DNA of 64,000 bases, taken from NCBI GenBank assembly GCA_047495785.1, contig JBLDXI010000033.1, positions 2,873,809 to 2,937,808 of the forward strand, given 5' to 3'. Origin of the DNA: Lepidodermella squamata. Its lineage: Eukaryota > Animalia > Gastrotricha. Under the pieces are notes generated by a model, which saw only the letters and a program-made list of their open reading frames with translations, was not told where the DNA came from and ran no database searches. Position 1 is the stretch's first letter. Each line of letters opens with the position of its first letter. The position numbers and the translations under genes were made by a program. Shown here piece after piece: positions 63,984 to 64,000 of this stretch.

Positions 63984-64000
63984 ACTCTCACGAGATGTGT
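63984..64000 (-). other. Probable untrimmed PacBio barcode (bc1003) remnant
   Basis: Reverse complement is ACACATCTCGTGAGAG+T, matching the recalled bc1003 sequence plus the T-overhang. Confidence 0.8.

Noticed and set aside
63347-64000. Interstitial telomeric array or chromosome fusion site
   Set aside because: The trailing sequence matches a sequencing barcode and there is no inverted CCCTAA block

Overview
This window is the last 64 kb of an invertebrate metazoan chromosome arm (standard genetic code, many short ~55-nt GT-AG introns), ending in a (TTAGGG)n telomere. The proximal ~30 kb is gene-rich: a divergent partial COX15, a PPxY-motif single-pass membrane gene, a protein 4.1/coracle FERM gene on the minus strand, and RPL3 hosting a SNORD83-like snoRNA. 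After the RPL3 poly(A) signal comes a ~33 kb subtelomere of nested, decayed transposons (copia, L2/CR1, Penelope with a hammerhead, a Dada-like DDE transposase, MITEs), a damaged tRNA cassette and scrambled gene fragments (MPHOSPH9-like, GH3, GH65 fused to ELOVL). The most striking feature is the chromosome end: a stop-free non-LTR retrotransposon frame with a 2A-like motif (GDVHPNPGP), two PHD fingers and an APE endonuclease is cut mid-domain and capped directly by telomere repeats, which suggests de novo telomere addition. The final 17 nt look like an untrimmed PacBio barcode. All assignments were made by eye from recalled motifs; no database search was run.
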